A stretch of 41,337 bases of DNA from Parcubacteria group bacterium SW_6_46_9 (GTDB lineage: Bacteria > Patescibacteriota > Minisyncoccia > Phycocordibacterales > SW-6-46-9): contig PXPA01000011.1 in the NCBI GenBank assembly GCA_003022255.1, positions 1 to 41,337 of the forward strand, in the 5' to 3' direction. This document shows positions 40,175 to 41,337 of the stretch, piece after piece. The notes beneath the pieces were generated by a model that was not told the DNA's origin, ran no database searches, and saw only the letters and a list, made by a program, of their open reading frames with translations. The position numbers were made by a program, and so were the translations under genes. How positions within the stretch are numbered: position 1 is the first letter of the stretch; each line of letters opens with the position of its first letter.

Positions 40175-41337
40175 TTATTGGTAGTTTTGGGGCCAATCAT
40201 TCTGAAACAACACAACGTCACCGGAAACGGTAAGATTAGATATTTGCTCACGCATTATATTATTACCCTCAAACGTATGTAGCTCACCCGCAAAGTCCGC
40301 GTCGTCTAATCCGTCTTTAATCCAGTCGGTCACACTGGACTCAACCAGCACCACCACATCTGCCACATCGGCAAGTTGGCGCCCAATGTCATTATGGATT
40401 TCTCTGCTTTGATCACCGACCTCAACCAACCCGGTCGTGACACACACCTTCCGGCGGCCAACAAACTTACCCAGGGTTTCAATCGCTGCCTGTACCCCGT
40501 CGGACGTGCCGTTGTAACTATCATCAATAACCAAAATGTCTGAAGACGTCCGCTGTACCGGCTGCAGCCGGCGTTCGACCGGAATAATTTTTTGTGCTTG
40601 GGTAAGAATTTCCTCCGGATCAATGCCAAGTTGTCGGCCAACCAGCACACCGGCAATAACATTGCCAACAATGTAGTCTCCCAGGTGCGGAACTTTTGTG
40701 TAACCAATCTCATCGTCATCCTGATACAGCCGAAAGCTAATTCCCGACCCGTCGGTGTGAAAGCGTTTGTCTTTAACAGAAAAGTCACACAACTTGTGGT
40801 TCTCTGCTGAGAAAAAGGATATGTTGTGATCACCCACAAAATCGTCGTAGTTTTGCATTACGCGTTTGTCATCCGCATTCCCAATCAGCGGTGCTTGGTC
40901 TTTTGCTTCGGTGATAATCTCAAACTTACTTTCTATTGTGTTTTGCATTGAGCCGAAACGCTCAAGATGAGCTTCATTAATTCCTGTAAGTACGCTAATA
41001 TCCGGCGGCGTCATCGCACACAAGTCAGCAATATCTCCTTTTTGGTATGCTCCCATTTCCACAATTACCACGTCAGTGCTTTCGGTTACTGAAGATAAAA
41101 TAAACCGCCCGACGCTTATCGGCTTGTTAAAGCTTGCGGGTGTAGCAACAACGTTAAGTTGCTCAGAAAGTAGAGTCTTGAGCGTCTGTTTCATTGTTGT
41201 CTTTCCGTAACTGCCGGTGACACCAATTACTGTCAGGTCATCGAGTCGAGCTATTTTCTGGTGGGCGCGCTGTCGTAGATACCCACGCACAAGTCGGTCT
41301 ATCGGCCGCACCAAAAGCGTGGCAACCGAAAGCGGAA
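40175..41337 (-). CDS. murF: UDP-N-acetylmuramoyl-tripeptide--D-alanyl-D-alanine ligase, C-terminal ~385 aa; the N-terminus lies beyond the right edge
   Basis: VIGVTGSYGKTTMKQ is the Mur ligase P-loop. Also present are EMGA...GDI, DDSYNG and the C-terminal domain. The frame stays open to the window end. Confidence 0.85.
   Translation of the reverse strand, partial: PLSVATLLVRPIDRLVRGYLRQRAHQKIARLDDLTVIGVTGSYGKTTMKQTLKTLLSEQLNVVATPASFNKPISVGRFILSSVTESTDVVIVEMGAYQKGDIADLCAMTPPDISVLTGINEAHLERFGSMQNTIESKFEIITEAKDQAPLIGNADDKRVMQNYDDFVGDHNISFFSAENHKLCDFSVKDKRFHTDGSGISFRLYQDDDEIGYTKVPHLGDYIVGNVIAGVLVGRQLGIDPEEILTQAQKIIPVERRLQPVQRTSSDILVIDDSYNGTSDGVQAAIETLGKFVGRRKVCVTTGLVEVGDQSREIHNDIGRQLADVADVVVLVESSVTDWIKDGLDDADFAGELHTFEGNNIMREQISNLTVSGDVVLFQNDWPQNYQ

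Overview
All calls below were made by eye, with no database search. This is a 41.3-kb chromosomal window coded almost entirely on the minus strand. The gene content looks like a reduced-genome, salvage-dependent bacterium. My guess is a Patescibacteria/CPR, Saccharibacteria-like organism, and that is inference only.

Housekeeping anchors:
- Mn-type superoxide dismutase
- ribosomal protein L19 with a long acidic tail
- acylphosphatase
- pilM-pilN-pilO
- ddl and murF
- tRNA-His(GTG), tRNA-Leu(GAG), tRNA-Val(TAC) and tRNA-Arg(TCT), none with an encoded CCA

Two things stand out.

1. A co-directional block of about 14 kb (6215-20426) is built around NAD and nucleotide salvage.
- It contains pncB, a long PncA-like isochorismatase, an NrtR-type Nudix-wHTH regulator, a NadM-like domain fused to a SAM methyltransferase, a NadR-kinase-like P-loop fused to CYTH, a DNPH1/Rcl-like hydrolase, a Nudix hydrolase and a further P-loop kinase.
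- A vWA (TerY-like) protein, a Ser/Thr kinase and a PP2C phosphatase are embedded between nrtR and pncB.
- Two GT-N7-AC palindromes sit in front of that operon.

2. Three of the four tRNA genes (Leu, Val, Arg) are each followed by a short island without an integrase (0.4-1.6 kb).
- Each island ends in an exact or degenerate copy of the 3' end of that tRNA.
- Val and Arg also have an exact copy of their 5' end upstream.
- All islands, plus orphan sites, carry copies of one hairpin-rich repeat family with hairpins whose stem sequences differ between copies.
- A free-standing LAGLIDADG endonuclease gene ends 8 nt before tRNA-Leu.

Other features:
- an IS1595-type insertion with terminal inverted repeats and a 7-bp target duplication
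- several decayed genes: an SNF symporter, an RluA-type synthase, the isochorismatase, and an exonuclease/rhodanese chimera
- a few conserved intergenic motifs
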